A stretch of 64,000 nt of DNA from NCBI GenBank assembly GCA_030529825.1, contig JAUMWD010000008.1:321-64320 (forward strand), in the 5' to 3' direction. The notes under the pieces were generated by a model. It did not search any database and had not been told where the DNA came from. It saw only the letters and a list, made by a program, of their open reading frames with translations. This stretch comes from Bacillota bacterium (GTDB taxonomy: Bacteria; Bacillota; Clostridia; Oscillospirales; Oscillospiraceae). This document shows, piece by piece, positions 18,790 through 27,692 of this stretch; position 1 is the first letter of the stretch, and each line of letters starts with the position of its first letter. Both the position numbers and the translations under genes were made by a program.

Positions 18790-18818
18790 TTGACTTTAAT
18801 CTGCCCTTGTTTTATATT
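18790..18818 (+). promoter_or_regulatory. Candidate sigma-A promoter of the transketolase operon
   Basis: TTGACT - 17 nt - TATATT, about 55 nt upstream of ATG 18874. Confidence 0.45.
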
Positions 18819-18873
18819 TATAGTGACATAGAATTGGGAATTTCCCCAAATAAAATCACGGAGGAACACTATC

Positions 18874-19707
18874 ATGGCTTTAACTGCCCAGCGCATCGCA
18901 GAGCTTGAAGAGCTTTGCCGCCGCTTCAGAATCGACGTGCTCACCGCAATCCACGGCGCACAGTCCGGTCATCCCGGCGGCTCTCTTTCCGTCTGCGAAA
19001 TCCTGACCTATCTCTATCAGGAACACATGAACATTGACGCAAACGACGCGCAGAATCCCGACCGCGACAGACTGGTACTGTCCAAGGGCCACGCCGCCCC
19101 CATGCTGTACCGCAACCTCGCCGAGAAGGGCTTCTTCCCCGTTGAAGATATGGCAAGTCTCCGCAAGATGGGCGGACTTGCAGGTCACCCCAATCTCCAT
19201 TGCCCCGGCGTAGAAATGCCCGGCGGGCCTCTCGGTCAGGGCTTCCCTGCGGCACAGGGTATGGCAATGGCTCTCAAGCTCCAGAACTCTCCCGCAAAGG
19301 TCTATGCCATCCTCGGTGACGGCGAGCTCAACGAGGGTGTCATCTGGGAAACCGCAATGAGCGCACCCAAGTTCAAGCTGGACAACCTCATCGCCATTGT
19401 TGACTACAACAAGGTACAGCTTGACGGCACCACCGACGAGGTTATGCCTCTCCGCGACCTCGCCGCAAAGTGGGAAGCCTTCGGCTGGACCGTTCTCGAG
19501 TGCGACGGTCACGACCTTGAGGCTCTTGACTTCTGCATCACCGTTGCAGACGCCGCTGTGGATGTTCCCACAGTCATTATCGCCAACACCGTAAAGGGCA
19601 AGGGCGTTTCCTTCATGGAAGGCAAGAACACCTGGCACGGCAAGGCCATCGACGACGCAAGCTTTGAAACCGCAATGAAGGAACTGGGAGGTGACTGCAA
19701 TGCCTAA
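18874..19707 (+). CDS. Transketolase, N-terminal (TPP-binding) subunit
   Basis: 277 aa; SGHPGGSLS and GDGELNEG motifs; split-type transketolase. Confidence 0.9.
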   Translation: MALTAQRIAELEELCRRFRIDVLTAIHGAQSGHPGGSLSVCEILTYLYQEHMNIDANDAQNPDRDRLVLSKGHAAPMLYRNLAEKGFFPVEDMASLRKMGGLAGHPNLHCPGVEMPGGPLGQGFPAAQGMAMALKLQNSPAKVYAILGDGELNEGVIWETAMSAPKFKLDNLIAIVDYNKVQLDGTTDEVMPLRDLAAKWEAFGWTVLECDGHDLEALDFCITVADAAVDVPTVIIANTVKGKGVSFMEGKNTWHGKAIDDASFETAMKELGGDCNA

Positions 19708-20635
19708 AGCAATAAGAGAAGTATACGGTACCGTGCTGGCAGAGCTCGGCAACGAGAATCAGGACATCGTAGTCCTTGACGCCGACCTTTCCGGCTCCAC
19801 CAAGAGCGCAATCTTCGGCAAGGCTCATCCCGAGCGTTTCTTCAACATGGGCATTGCCGAGCAGAACATGGTTGCCACCGCGGCAGGTATGTCCACCGTG
19901 GGCAAGATTCCCTTCGTGAATACCTTCACCGTGTTCCTCACCTCTCTGGGTCTCATTTCCGCCCGTGACCAGATTTGCTACGCAAACCTCAATGTCAAGT
20001 TCGGCGGCGCATACTGCGGCATGTCCGACGCTCTGGACGGTGCAAGCCACCACGCCACCGAGGATATCGCCATCATGCGCGCACTGCCCAACATGAAGGT
20101 CATCGTTCCCTCCGATGCTGCCGCAACCCGCTGGGCAACCAAGTACGCAGTTGACAACTACGGCCCCATGTATCTCCGCCTGAGCCGCGATGTATATCCC
20201 GACCTCTACGCAGAGGACGCGAAGTTTGAGCTGGGCAAGGGCGCCATCGTCCGCGAGGGTACCGATGTCACCGTCATCGCCTGCGGTCTGCTGGTACACA
20301 AGGCAATCGAAGCAGCCGAAATGATGGCAGAGAAGGGCGTATCCGTCCGCGTTGTGGATATGTATTCCATTAAGCCCATTGACCGCGAGCTCATCGTGAA
20401 ATGTGCAAAGGAAACCGGCGCAATTGTCACCGCCGAGGAGCACAACATTTTCGGCGGTCTCGGCTCCGCCGTTTCCGAGGTTCTCGCCTATGAGGGCTGC
20501 GGCGTTCCCACGGAGTTTGTGGGCATTCAGGATGTCTTCACCGAATCCGCTCCCTACAAGGAGCTTCTGGCAAAATACGGCGTTGACGCAAACGGCGTTG
20601 CCGCCGGCATCGAAAAGGTCCTCAAGAGAAAATAA
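19700..20635 (+). CDS. Transketolase, C-terminal (pyrimidine-binding) subunit
   Basis: 311 aa from ATG 19700 (GGGAGG SD; overlaps the upstream stop); MGIAEQNMV motif. Confidence 0.9.
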   Translation: MPKAIREVYGTVLAELGNENQDIVVLDADLSGSTKSAIFGKAHPERFFNMGIAEQNMVATAAGMSTVGKIPFVNTFTVFLTSLGLISARDQICYANLNVKFGGAYCGMSDALDGASHHATEDIAIMRALPNMKVIVPSDAAATRWATKYAVDNYGPMYLRLSRDVYPDLYAEDAKFELGKGAIVREGTDVTVIACGLLVHKAIEAAEMMAEKGVSVRVVDMYSIKPIDRELIVKCAKETGAIVTAEEHNIFGGLGSAVSEVLAYEGCGVPTEFVGIQDVFTESAPYKELLAKYGVDANGVAAGIEKVLKRK

Positions 20636-20643
20636 GTCAATAT

Positions 20644-20669
20644 GAGGGGAGTATGCGCTCCCCTCTTTT
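20644..20669 (+). terminator. Hairpin/terminator between transketolase and kinase genes
   Basis: 8-bp stem gaggggag/ctcccctc, then T4; only 12 nt before the next ATG, so possibly an attenuating or processing hairpin. Confidence 0.45.
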
Positions 20670-20681
20670 GGGAGAAAGAAT

Positions 20682-21761
20682 ATGCAGCTTGAATATTTTG
20701 CGCCCGGTCGCACCGAGCTTGCCGGTAACCACACCGACCACCAGAAGGGTCGTGTGCTTGCCTCCGCCGTGGATAAGGGCATCCGCGCAAGGGTGGAGCC
20801 CAACTACGAAAACAGGATACGCATCAAATCCGCAGGCTTTCCCGACCTGGATGTGAGTCTGTTCAATCTTGATGTTCTCCCCGAGGAGTTCGGGTCTTCA
20901 AAGGCCCTCGTACGCGGTGTTGCCTCCGCTATGTACGATCTGGGAATGAATCTGGGCGGCTTTGATGCCGAGATTTCCAGTGATCTGGTATCAGGCTCCG
21001 GATTAAGCACCTCGGCGGCATATGCGGTGCTCATCGGCAAAATATTCAACGGACTATACAACAACAACGAGCTGGAGCCCATCGCCATAGCAAAGGTTGC
21101 CCAGCAGGCGGAAAACCTGCATTTCGGCAAACCCTGCGGTCTCATGGATCAGTTGGCCTGCGCTCTCGGCAAGGCGGTTTACATAGACTTTCTCACCCAG
21201 GAAATCATCCCCGTAAATGCGGATTTCTCCCGCATGGGGCTCACCCTCTGTCTCACGGATACCGGCGGCAGCCACGCAGGTCTTGACACCTCCTACGCCC
21301 GTATCCCCGCGGATATGCGGCTCATCGCCAGCTTCTTCGGCAAGGAGGTTCTCGGCGAGGTGAATCCCGCGGAATTCCGCGCCCGCAGGTGGAACACCGC
21401 TGACCGTCCCGTCCGCCGTGCAACCCACTTCTTCGACGAAAACGACCGTGTTCCCGCAATGCGTGACGCTCTTGCGGCGGGCGACGGCAAAACCTATATG
21501 CGCCTCATGAACGAGTCCGGTCGCTCTTCGGAAAAGCATCTTAACAATATCGTAACCAGCGCCACCAACGACCGCAAGCTGGAAAGCGGACTTGAGTTAA
21601 GCGCAAAGCTGCTGGAGGGAAAAGGCGCATGGCGTGTTCACGGCGGCGGCTTCGCCGGCTGCGTTCAGGCCCTTATGCCCTCGGATTTCTTCCCCAAATA
21701 CAAAAAAGAAACAGAAAAAATCTTCGGTGCCGGAAAATGCACCGAGCTTAAATTAGGATAA
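20682..21761 (+). CDS. Galactokinase-family (GHMP) sugar kinase
   Basis: 359 aa; GRTELAGNHTDHQKG (galactokinase signature-like) and GHMP motif SGSGLSTSAA. Confidence 0.7.
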   Translation: MQLEYFAPGRTELAGNHTDHQKGRVLASAVDKGIRARVEPNYENRIRIKSAGFPDLDVSLFNLDVLPEEFGSSKALVRGVASAMYDLGMNLGGFDAEISSDLVSGSGLSTSAAYAVLIGKIFNGLYNNNELEPIAIAKVAQQAENLHFGKPCGLMDQLACALGKAVYIDFLTQEIIPVNADFSRMGLTLCLTDTGGSHAGLDTSYARIPADMRLIASFFGKEVLGEVNPAEFRARRWNTADRPVRRATHFFDENDRVPAMRDALAAGDGKTYMRLMNESGRSSEKHLNNIVTSATNDRKLESGLELSAKLLEGKGAWRVHGGGFAGCVQALMPSDFFPKYKKETEKIFGAGKCTELKLG

Positions 21762-21771
21762 GGATAAGAAT

Positions 21772-22581
21772 ATGAAGTTTTTTGAATCACTCTCCAAGGT
21801 TCAGGTAGGCAGCATGTCCCTGGGCAGCCTTCTCAACGCTGTTGTCATTTTCGTAATCTGCTTCATTGTCATCAAATTACTTAAAAAGTCCATTGAGCGA
21901 ATGCTGGGCAAGAGCCACATCGACGAGAGCCTCAAGAGCTTTTTGGGCTCCGTTCTCTCCGTTGCACTGTGGGCAATCGCAATCATCATCATTGCCGACT
22001 CCCTGGGCATTCCCGTAACAAGCCTTGTTGCTATCCTCAGCGTTGCCGGTTTGGCTCTCTCCCTTGCAATTCAGGGCCTGCTTACTAACCTCTTCTCCGG
22101 TGTAACCATCCTTGTCACCCGTCCCTTTGTGGTTAACGACTTTGTTGACATCGGCGGCAACTGCGGAACCGTTCGCAGCATCGGACTCTTCTACACCGTG
22201 CTCTGCACCGTGGACAACAAGCTCGTTCATGTTCCCAACGGCGATGTAACCTCCGCCAAGGTTGTGAACTTCAGCACCGAGAAGCTGCGCCGCGTTGATC
22301 TTGCGGTAACCGCTTCCTATGGCTGTGCCACCGAGGATGTACGCAAGGCACTTCTCGAGGCCGCAGACAAAACCGAAAAGGCCCTCAAGGAGCCGGCACC
22401 CTTTGCCGCCATCAACGCCTACAACGCAAGCAACATCGAGTACACCTTCCGTGTATGGTGCAAGAGCGCAGACTACTGGGATGTTTACTTCGCTCTCAAC
22501 GAGAACGTGCGTGCAAGCTTTGCCGAGAACGGTGTTGAAATGACCTTCGAGCACATAAATGTTCATGTTGTTGAAAAATAA
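21772..22581 (+). CDS. Small-conductance mechanosensitive channel (MscS family)
   Basis: 269 aa; three N-terminal TM helices followed by an MscS beta-domain (VVNDFVDIGGNCGTVRSIGLFYT). Confidence 0.85.
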   Translation: MKFFESLSKVQVGSMSLGSLLNAVVIFVICFIVIKLLKKSIERMLGKSHIDESLKSFLGSVLSVALWAIAIIIIADSLGIPVTSLVAILSVAGLALSLAIQGLLTNLFSGVTILVTRPFVVNDFVDIGGNCGTVRSIGLFYTVLCTVDNKLVHVPNGDVTSAKVVNFSTEKLRRVDLAVTASYGCATEDVRKALLEAADKTEKALKEPAPFAAINAYNASNIEYTFRVWCKSADYWDVYFALNENVRASFAENGVEMTFEHINVHVVEK

Positions 22582-22629
22582 ACACTCTGCTCAAATTATA
22601 GATATAGGGTAAATTTTTACATTTCTCAC

Positions 22630-22658
22630 TTTACAAGCAGCATATATTGTGGTATCAT
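22630..22658 (+). promoter_or_regulatory. Orphan candidate promoter in the AT-rich spacer downstream of mscS
   Basis: TTTACA - 17 nt - TATCAT with extended TGg; no ORF follows before the terminator at 22730-22760. Confidence 0.35.
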
Positions 22659-22724
22659 AGGTTGTGTTAGTTGTTAATTTTCTAACACGATAAGCCTTCT
22701 TACTATTTTTAATCCTTGAATTAG

Positions 22725-22767
22725 AAAAACCGCAGATGTCCTTTGACATCTGCGGTTTTTCTTTTTT
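22725..22767. terminator. Bidirectional terminator
   Basis: 11-bp stem ccgcagatgtc/gacatctgcgg flanked by A5 and T5cT6. Confidence 0.7.
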
Positions 22768-22771
22768 GGTC

Positions 22772-23632
22772 TCATTTTTCGGTTATTACGAGGCCTTCGG
22801 CTTCATCGTTGTAGGTGACCTCCAGCACAAGAGTTTCGCCCTGTTCGTTCACAAGGGTAATGGTTTCCGTGCCGAATTCTTTGGCGTAAATCAGCACCTT
22901 GTCTTTAATATCTTCGCATATTTCAGCATCACCCAGATCTCCCTCGCAGGAGCTTATCTCCCAGACATGGCCGCTTTCAATGGGATAGTATTCCATAACA
23001 CCCTGAATGCCGCTGTTGTCCACCGGGGAATGCACAAGCATAATTGCCGTCACAACTACGGTAATTGCAGCGGTAATAATTCTGTTTCTGTTTTTATTCA
23101 GCAGGACAAGAATGAATACAACGATTTCTGCCGCGATAAAAATTACGGACAAAAGATATTTCGGGAAATGACCGATGCAGGTATTCAGGAAATTTACAAG
23201 ATGCATGCCCAAAAAGCCCGTTGCCACGGCAAGAATCAGCGCAGAAAGGAGATTATCCTTCTTCACAAACCATGCTATCATGCCGCCGGGCAGCGTCAGC
23301 AGGGTCATTTTAAACCAAAATCCGTAATAGTCGAAAAGTTCCCAGCCCGCAGAAGAAAAGGGCACCTGAAGCAGGTAAATAAGCGGCTGGCTTATGAGGA
23401 AAAACACAAAGGTTTTAAGCCCCGCCTCAAGGGGCTTGTCGCAGTTCATGATAATGATGAGTGCAAACAGAATCCACGCCTCGTAGGTTACGCCGATGTT
23501 CTCAAAGGACGTGTCTCTGAAAATAGGGATAATCATAATTGCGGCCGTAAGCACGGCGGTGGCAAGCGCAAACAGAATTACTCTCGGCCAGGTCATTTTC
23601 GTTTCAAAAAACAGCTTGCGTAGCGCTTTCAT
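22772..23632 (-). CDS. Hypothetical polytopic membrane protein with soluble C-terminal domain
   Basis: 286 aa; ~6 hydrophobic helices then an acidic ~80-aa tail; GGAGA SD. The opposite 295-aa ORF is rich in R/K/H/N and judged a shadow. Confidence 0.6.
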   Translation of the reverse strand: MKALRKLFFETKMTWPRVILFALATAVLTAAIMIIPIFRDTSFENIGVTYEAWILFALIIIMNCDKPLEAGLKTFVFFLISQPLIYLLQVPFSSAGWELFDYYGFWFKMTLLTLPGGMIAWFVKKDNLLSALILAVATGFLGMHLVNFLNTCIGHFPKYLLSVIFIAAEIVVFILVLLNKNRNRIITAAITVVVTAIMLVHSPVDNSGIQGVMEYYPIESGHVWEISSCEGDLGDAEICEDIKDKVLIYAKEFGTETITLVNEQGETLVLEVTYNDEAEGLVITEK

Positions 23633-23665
23633 AAGACTTTTCTCCGTTCAGAATTGATTTGATTA

Positions 23666-23694
23666 ATTATATATCATTCGCAGTTGTTTTTCAA
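23666..23694 (-). promoter_or_regulatory. Candidate sigma-A promoter of the 22772-23632 gene
   Basis: Minus strand TTGAAA - 17 nt - TATAAT. Confidence 0.5.
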
Positions 23695-23702
23695 CATTGA
23701 TA

Positions 23703-23738
23703 CAAAAAGAGCAGATGCCTAAGGCATCTGCTCTTTTC
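23703..23738 (-). terminator. Terminator of hom-lysC-asd operon
   Basis: 13-bp stem agagcagatgcct/aggcatctgctct flanked by A/T runs, 9 nt after the asd stop. Confidence 0.7.
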
Positions 23739-23746
23739 TGCGTTTA

Positions 23747-24754
23747 TCAGAGAATCTCAATGAGCTTTTCCGCAATCTGGATTGCGTTGGTGGCAGCGCC
23801 CTTGCGGACCTGGTCGCCGCAGCACCACAGGCACAGACCGTTTTCATCGGTGAGGTCCTCGCGGATACGGCCCACGAATACGATGTCCTGATCGCTGGTT
23901 TCAAGGGGCATGGGGTAACGCTTGTTGTCAAGATCATCAACCAGCTTGCAGCCGGGTGCCTTTGCAATGGCTGCCTTTGCGGCCTCAACGGAAACCTTAT
24001 CCTTGAATTTCAGGCAGATGGAAACGCTGTGGCTGCGGACAACGGGAACGCGAACGCAGGTGCAGCTTACCTTCAGCTCGGGGAGGTGCATGATGCGTCT
24101 GCCCTCGTTCTGGAGCTTCATTTCCTCTGAAGTATAGCCGAAGCACTGCTCGCCGCCGATCTGGGGAATTACATTGTAGGCAATCTGATACTGGAACACC
24201 TTGGGCTCATAAGACTCGCCCTTCTGCAGAGCCTCCACCTCGGCAAACAGCTCCTTGGGGCCGTTGGCGCCGGCGCCGGAAACTGCCTGATAGGAGGAAA
24301 CTATCATGCTCTGAATGGGAGAAATGGAGTTGAGTGCATTAACTGCGGTACAGGAAATAACCGTGGTGCAGTTGGGGTTTGCGATAACGCCCTTGTGGAG
24401 CTTTACATCGTCGCCGTTGATTTCGGGAACCACAAGAGGAACATCGGGGCAAAGACGGAAGGCGCTGGAGTTGTCAATGAAAACTGCGCCGCTTGCCTTG
24501 ATGTCGTCAATAAACTTCTCTGCGATATCGTTCTCGGCTGCGCCCATGATGATGTCAAGGCCCTTGAAATTCTCAAGGCAGGCCTCAACGACCTTTATCT
24601 TCTCGCCCTGAAAGACATATTCCTTGCCTGCGGAATGGGCGCTGGCAAGAAGCCGCAGCTCCTCAACGGGGAAGTTGCGCTCGGCAAAAATCTTCATCAT
24701 TTCCTGGCCTACGGCGCCGGTGGCACCCAGAATACCTACTTTATATTTCTTCAT
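23747..24754 (-). CDS. asd: Aspartate-semialdehyde dehydrogenase
   Basis: 335 aa; GILGATGAVGQEM and active-site ANPNCTT. Confidence 0.92.
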   Translation of the reverse strand: MKKYKVGILGATGAVGQEMMKIFAERNFPVEELRLLASAHSAGKEYVFQGEKIKVVEACLENFKGLDIIMGAAENDIAEKFIDDIKASGAVFIDNSSAFRLCPDVPLVVPEINGDDVKLHKGVIANPNCTTVISCTAVNALNSISPIQSMIVSSYQAVSGAGANGPKELFAEVEALQKGESYEPKVFQYQIAYNVIPQIGGEQCFGYTSEEMKLQNEGRRIMHLPELKVSCTCVRVPVVRSHSVSICLKFKDKVSVEAAKAAIAKAPGCKLVDDLDNKRYPMPLETSDQDIVFVGRIREDLTDENGLCLWCCGDQVRKGAATNAIQIAEKLIEIL

Positions 24755-24764
24755 TTATTTTACC

Positions 24765-26078
24765 TCACTTTACAAAACTGTGATAAATTACTCTGACGGC
24801 ATTTTCAAAGTCGTCGTTATTTACACCAACTATTATATTCAGCTCATCGGGGCCCTGAGAAATCATTCTGATGTTGATTCCGTTCTGGCCCAGAGCTGCA
24901 AACAGCCTGCCGGAGGTGCCGGGCTTGAAGGCCATTTTACGGCCGACTGCGGCGACAACCGAAATGTTATCCGTAATCTCCAGGCTGTCGGGCTTTATGG
25001 TCTTCTGGATTTCGCCCACAATGGAGAATATACACTTTGAGGCCTTTTCGGAGGACACAACAAGAGATACGGAGTCTATACCCGTGGGGGTATATTCAAC
25101 ACACAGTCCGTGCTTTTCAAATATCTCCAGCATGGTGCGCAGACCGCCAAGCTCCGAGGACATTCCGCTCTTATACACCGTGACAATTGTAAAATTCTTT
25201 CTGCCGGCAATGCCCGTAATGAAGCGTTCGTTGATTACATCGTCCTCAAACTTCTCCATTATGATCGTGCCGGGATGCTCGGGAGCATTGGTATTGCGGA
25301 TATTAAGCGGGATATTCTTTTCTCTTACGGGGAACACCGCGCCCTCGTGAAGCACCTGGGCGCCCATATAGCTGAGCTCACGGAGCTCGTTATAGGTTAT
25401 ATGCTCAATGGTATCGGGATTATCCACAATTCTCGGATCTGCCATGAGAATGCCGGAAACATCCGTCCAGTTCTCATAGACATCGGCGTTAAGCGCCGCC
25501 GCCGCAAGAGCTCCCGTTACATCGCTGCCGCCCCGGGAAAGCACCTTGATGCTGCCGTCGGGCATAACACCGTAGAAGCCGGGAATTACAACCCTGCGCC
25601 CCGAGGCAAGTCTTTCCAGCTCGGTGTAGGACTCTTCTTTATTGATTGTTCCGTCGAAATTGAACTTAAGCCAGCTTTCGGCATCGAGAAAATCGTAGCC
25701 GAGGAAGTCCGCCATGAGCTTTGCGGAGAAATATTCGCCCCGGGATACCAGCTTGTCCTTGCTGATGCCGCTGTCCAGCTCGGCACGCAGAGCCCCGAGC
25801 TCGGACTCGATGTCAACCCCGAGATTAAGCTCCCTGCAAATCTCGCGGTAGCGGTCGGCAATCATTCCGAAGACGCCGTCGCATTCAACGCCGTATTTAA
25901 TATGTGCATGGCAGAGATACAGCAGGTCCGTGAGCTTGTGGTCCTCCTTGTTTCTCTTGCCGGCGGCGGAAACCACGATGACCTTTCTCGCAGGGTCCGC
26001 CTTAATTATGTTTTTGACCTTTATAAACTGTCCGGCGGAGGCCATGGAGGAGCCGCCGAATTTTGCAACCTTTAACAT
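24765..26078 (-). CDS. lysC: Aspartate kinase
   Basis: 437 aa; VAKFGGSS N-terminus, C-terminal ACT-like repeats. Confidence 0.9.
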   Translation of the reverse strand: MLKVAKFGGSSMASAGQFIKVKNIIKADPARKVIVVSAAGKRNKEDHKLTDLLYLCHAHIKYGVECDGVFGMIADRYREICRELNLGVDIESELGALRAELDSGISKDKLVSRGEYFSAKLMADFLGYDFLDAESWLKFNFDGTINKEESYTELERLASGRRVVIPGFYGVMPDGSIKVLSRGGSDVTGALAAAALNADVYENWTDVSGILMADPRIVDNPDTIEHITYNELRELSYMGAQVLHEGAVFPVREKNIPLNIRNTNAPEHPGTIIMEKFEDDVINERFITGIAGRKNFTIVTVYKSGMSSELGGLRTMLEIFEKHGLCVEYTPTGIDSVSLVVSSEKASKCIFSIVGEIQKTIKPDSLEITDNISVVAAVGRKMAFKPGTSGRLFAALGQNGINIRMISQGPDELNIIVGVNNDDFENAVRVIYHSFVK

Positions 26079-26084
26079 ACCTTA

Positions 26085-27224
26085 TTAAATAATACCCGCG
26101 AAGAAGAGCTCGGGGTCTGCCTCCTTTGCCTTTGCTGCCCATGCGTGCATTTCGGCAACGCTTACATCGGCGATGATTGCGCCCTCACCGCAGGGCTCAA
26201 TGATCATGCTGTCAAGCCATTCGTCCTTGCCTGCGAAGCGAACATAGTAGGGGTGCTTCTCGGCGGAATTGTCGGGCTTCATGTCCTCAATCTTATCGGT
26301 ATAGAAGCTCTTGACGCCGCAGAGAATGTCAACGCAGTCCTGAACGGCATTGTATGCCGTGGGATAGCGGCCTGCGCCCTGACCGTAGAAGCTTTCCTTG
26401 CCGGAAAGACTTGTTTCAAAGGAAATGATGTTCATTGCCTTGCTGACCGCGGCCTCAAGCTCGCCTGCGGCAACGAAGGAGGGCTCAACATAGGCCAGCA
26501 CCTTGCCGTCAACATTCTTACCGAAGGCCAGCATTCTGCAAACGCGGCCCAGCTCCTCGGCGGCGAAAATATCGCAGGCCTTGATATGGCGGATACCCGC
26601 TACAGGCACATCCTCTTCCTTGAAGCAGGCGCCGAAGGCAACATTTGCGGAAATGATGCACTTGCGCTGAATGTCAAGACCGTCAATGTCGGCAGTGGGG
26701 TCAGCCTCCGCATAGCCTAAACGCTGTGCCTCGGCAAGGACCTCGCCGAAGTCGCTGCCGTTGACATGCATATTGTCAAGGATGAAGTTTGTGGTACCGT
26801 TCATGATGCCGCAGAAGGAATCAATCTTGTCAAGCCTTGTGGCGCGCTCAAGATTCTTCAGCCAGGGGATTCCGCCACCCACAGCGGGAGTACAGCGGAA
26901 GGCAACGCCCATCTCCTTTGCAAGGGAAACAAGCTCCTTATAATAATGAGCAACAAGATGCTTATTCGCGGTGACAACATTCTTGCCGGCCTTCATTGCC
27001 GCGGACACATACTCAAAAGCGGGAGAAAGACCGCCCATTACCTCAACAACGGTGTCAACCTCTTTATCATTTAAAATAGTATTGATGTCTGCAACGGCAC
27101 GGCTGCCCAGCTCGGGCTTATCTCTGCGCACCAGAACATATTTGAGCTCCATGTCACATCTCTTGTCCACGATGTCCAGAACTCCGCCGCCGACTACTCC
27201 GCAGCCTAACAATGCAATTTTCAT
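26085..27224 (-). CDS. hom: Homoserine dehydrogenase
   Basis: 379 aa from ATG 27224 (MKIALLGCGVVGGGV). The 64-codon N-terminal extension in the track runs through the promoter region and was discarded. Confidence 0.88.
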   Translation of the reverse strand: MKIALLGCGVVGGGVLDIVDKRCDMELKYVLVRRDKPELGSRAVADINTILNDKEVDTVVEVMGGLSPAFEYVSAAMKAGKNVVTANKHLVAHYYKELVSLAKEMGVAFRCTPAVGGGIPWLKNLERATRLDKIDSFCGIMNGTTNFILDNMHVNGSDFGEVLAEAQRLGYAEADPTADIDGLDIQRKCIISANVAFGACFKEEDVPVAGIRHIKACDIFAAEELGRVCRMLAFGKNVDGKVLAYVEPSFVAAGELEAAVSKAMNIISFETSLSGKESFYGQGAGRYPTAYNAVQDCVDILCGVKSFYTDKIEDMKPDNSAEKHPYYVRFAGKDEWLDSMIIEPCGEGAIIADVSVAEMHAWAAKAKEADPELFFAGII

Positions 27225-27289
27225 ATCAATACCGCCTTTTGTTATATTCTTGTCTTTATCCGAAAGACATTTGTTTTTGAGATAAAAAC

Positions 27290-27318
27290 AATATAGCACA
27301 CCCCACCGTCTTGTGCAA
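27290..27318 (-). promoter_or_regulatory. Candidate sigma-A promoter of hom-lysC-asd
   Basis: Minus strand TTGCAC - 17 nt - TATATT with extended TGc; leaves a ~65-nt leader with two short hairpins. Confidence 0.45.
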
Positions 27319-27396
27319 GGCTTTTTGCAAGCTCTTGTGTAGAAAACTGTCATAAACTCCATGGTGTTTTTGGTTAATTTGCGCAAAAGCGCATTT

Positions 27397-27542
27397 TTGC
27401 AATCTTGCATTTGCAAGTCGCATTTTAAATTTGCATCAAGATATCGGGCAATCTTGCATATTTCAGCCTATATTTTGCATAATTTTACGCATTTTGAATT
27501 TTTTCGCTTAAGCCAAATGGTAGCGTGTTAAATATTTTGCAT
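27397..27542. repeat. Array of TTGCA(T/A) motifs in the divergent hom / TAXI intergenic region
   Basis: TTGCA at 27397, 27405, 27411, 27431, 27454, 27475 and 27537; inverted pair CTTGCAttTGCAAG (27404-27417); 12-nt direct repeat gcaatcttgcat at 27399 and 27448. Confidence 0.4.
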
Positions 27543-27572
27543 TTTTCGATTTAAAAAAATTCATTTTTGCCC

Positions 27573-27601
27573 TTGAAAAACAGTTTGAGAGGGTGTATAA
27601 T
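27573..27601 (+). promoter_or_regulatory. Candidate sigma-A promoter of the TAXI-TRAP operon
   Basis: TTGAAA - 17 nt - TATAAT, ~90 nt upstream of ATG 27693. Confidence 0.5.
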
Positions 27602-27692
27602 GCAGCCATATTGAAATTCCGGTGATGATTTTTTTCAAATCGGATTATGCAAATTCTTTCAACTCACAAACAAAATTCAGGAGGAAAATAAA

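Noticed and set aside
26085-27416. 443-aa version of the hom ORF with a 64-codon N-terminal extension. Similar over-extensions: pepP to 36165, MBL from 8043, the ABC-2 permease from 46573 and the lipoprotein to 60413.
   Set aside because: The extensions run through promoter or intergenic sequence or through neighbouring genes, and they lack an SD. Internal ATG/GTG codons with good SDs give proteins that start at the canonical family N-termini.
27225-27692. Possible lysine/SAM riboswitch or T-box leader upstream of hom-lysC-asd, or a leader for the TRAP operon.
   Set aside because: The best promoters leave leaders of only ~65 nt (hom) and ~90 nt (TAXI), with just short hairpins. I could find no T-box specifier/antiterminator or riboswitch-like conserved cores.
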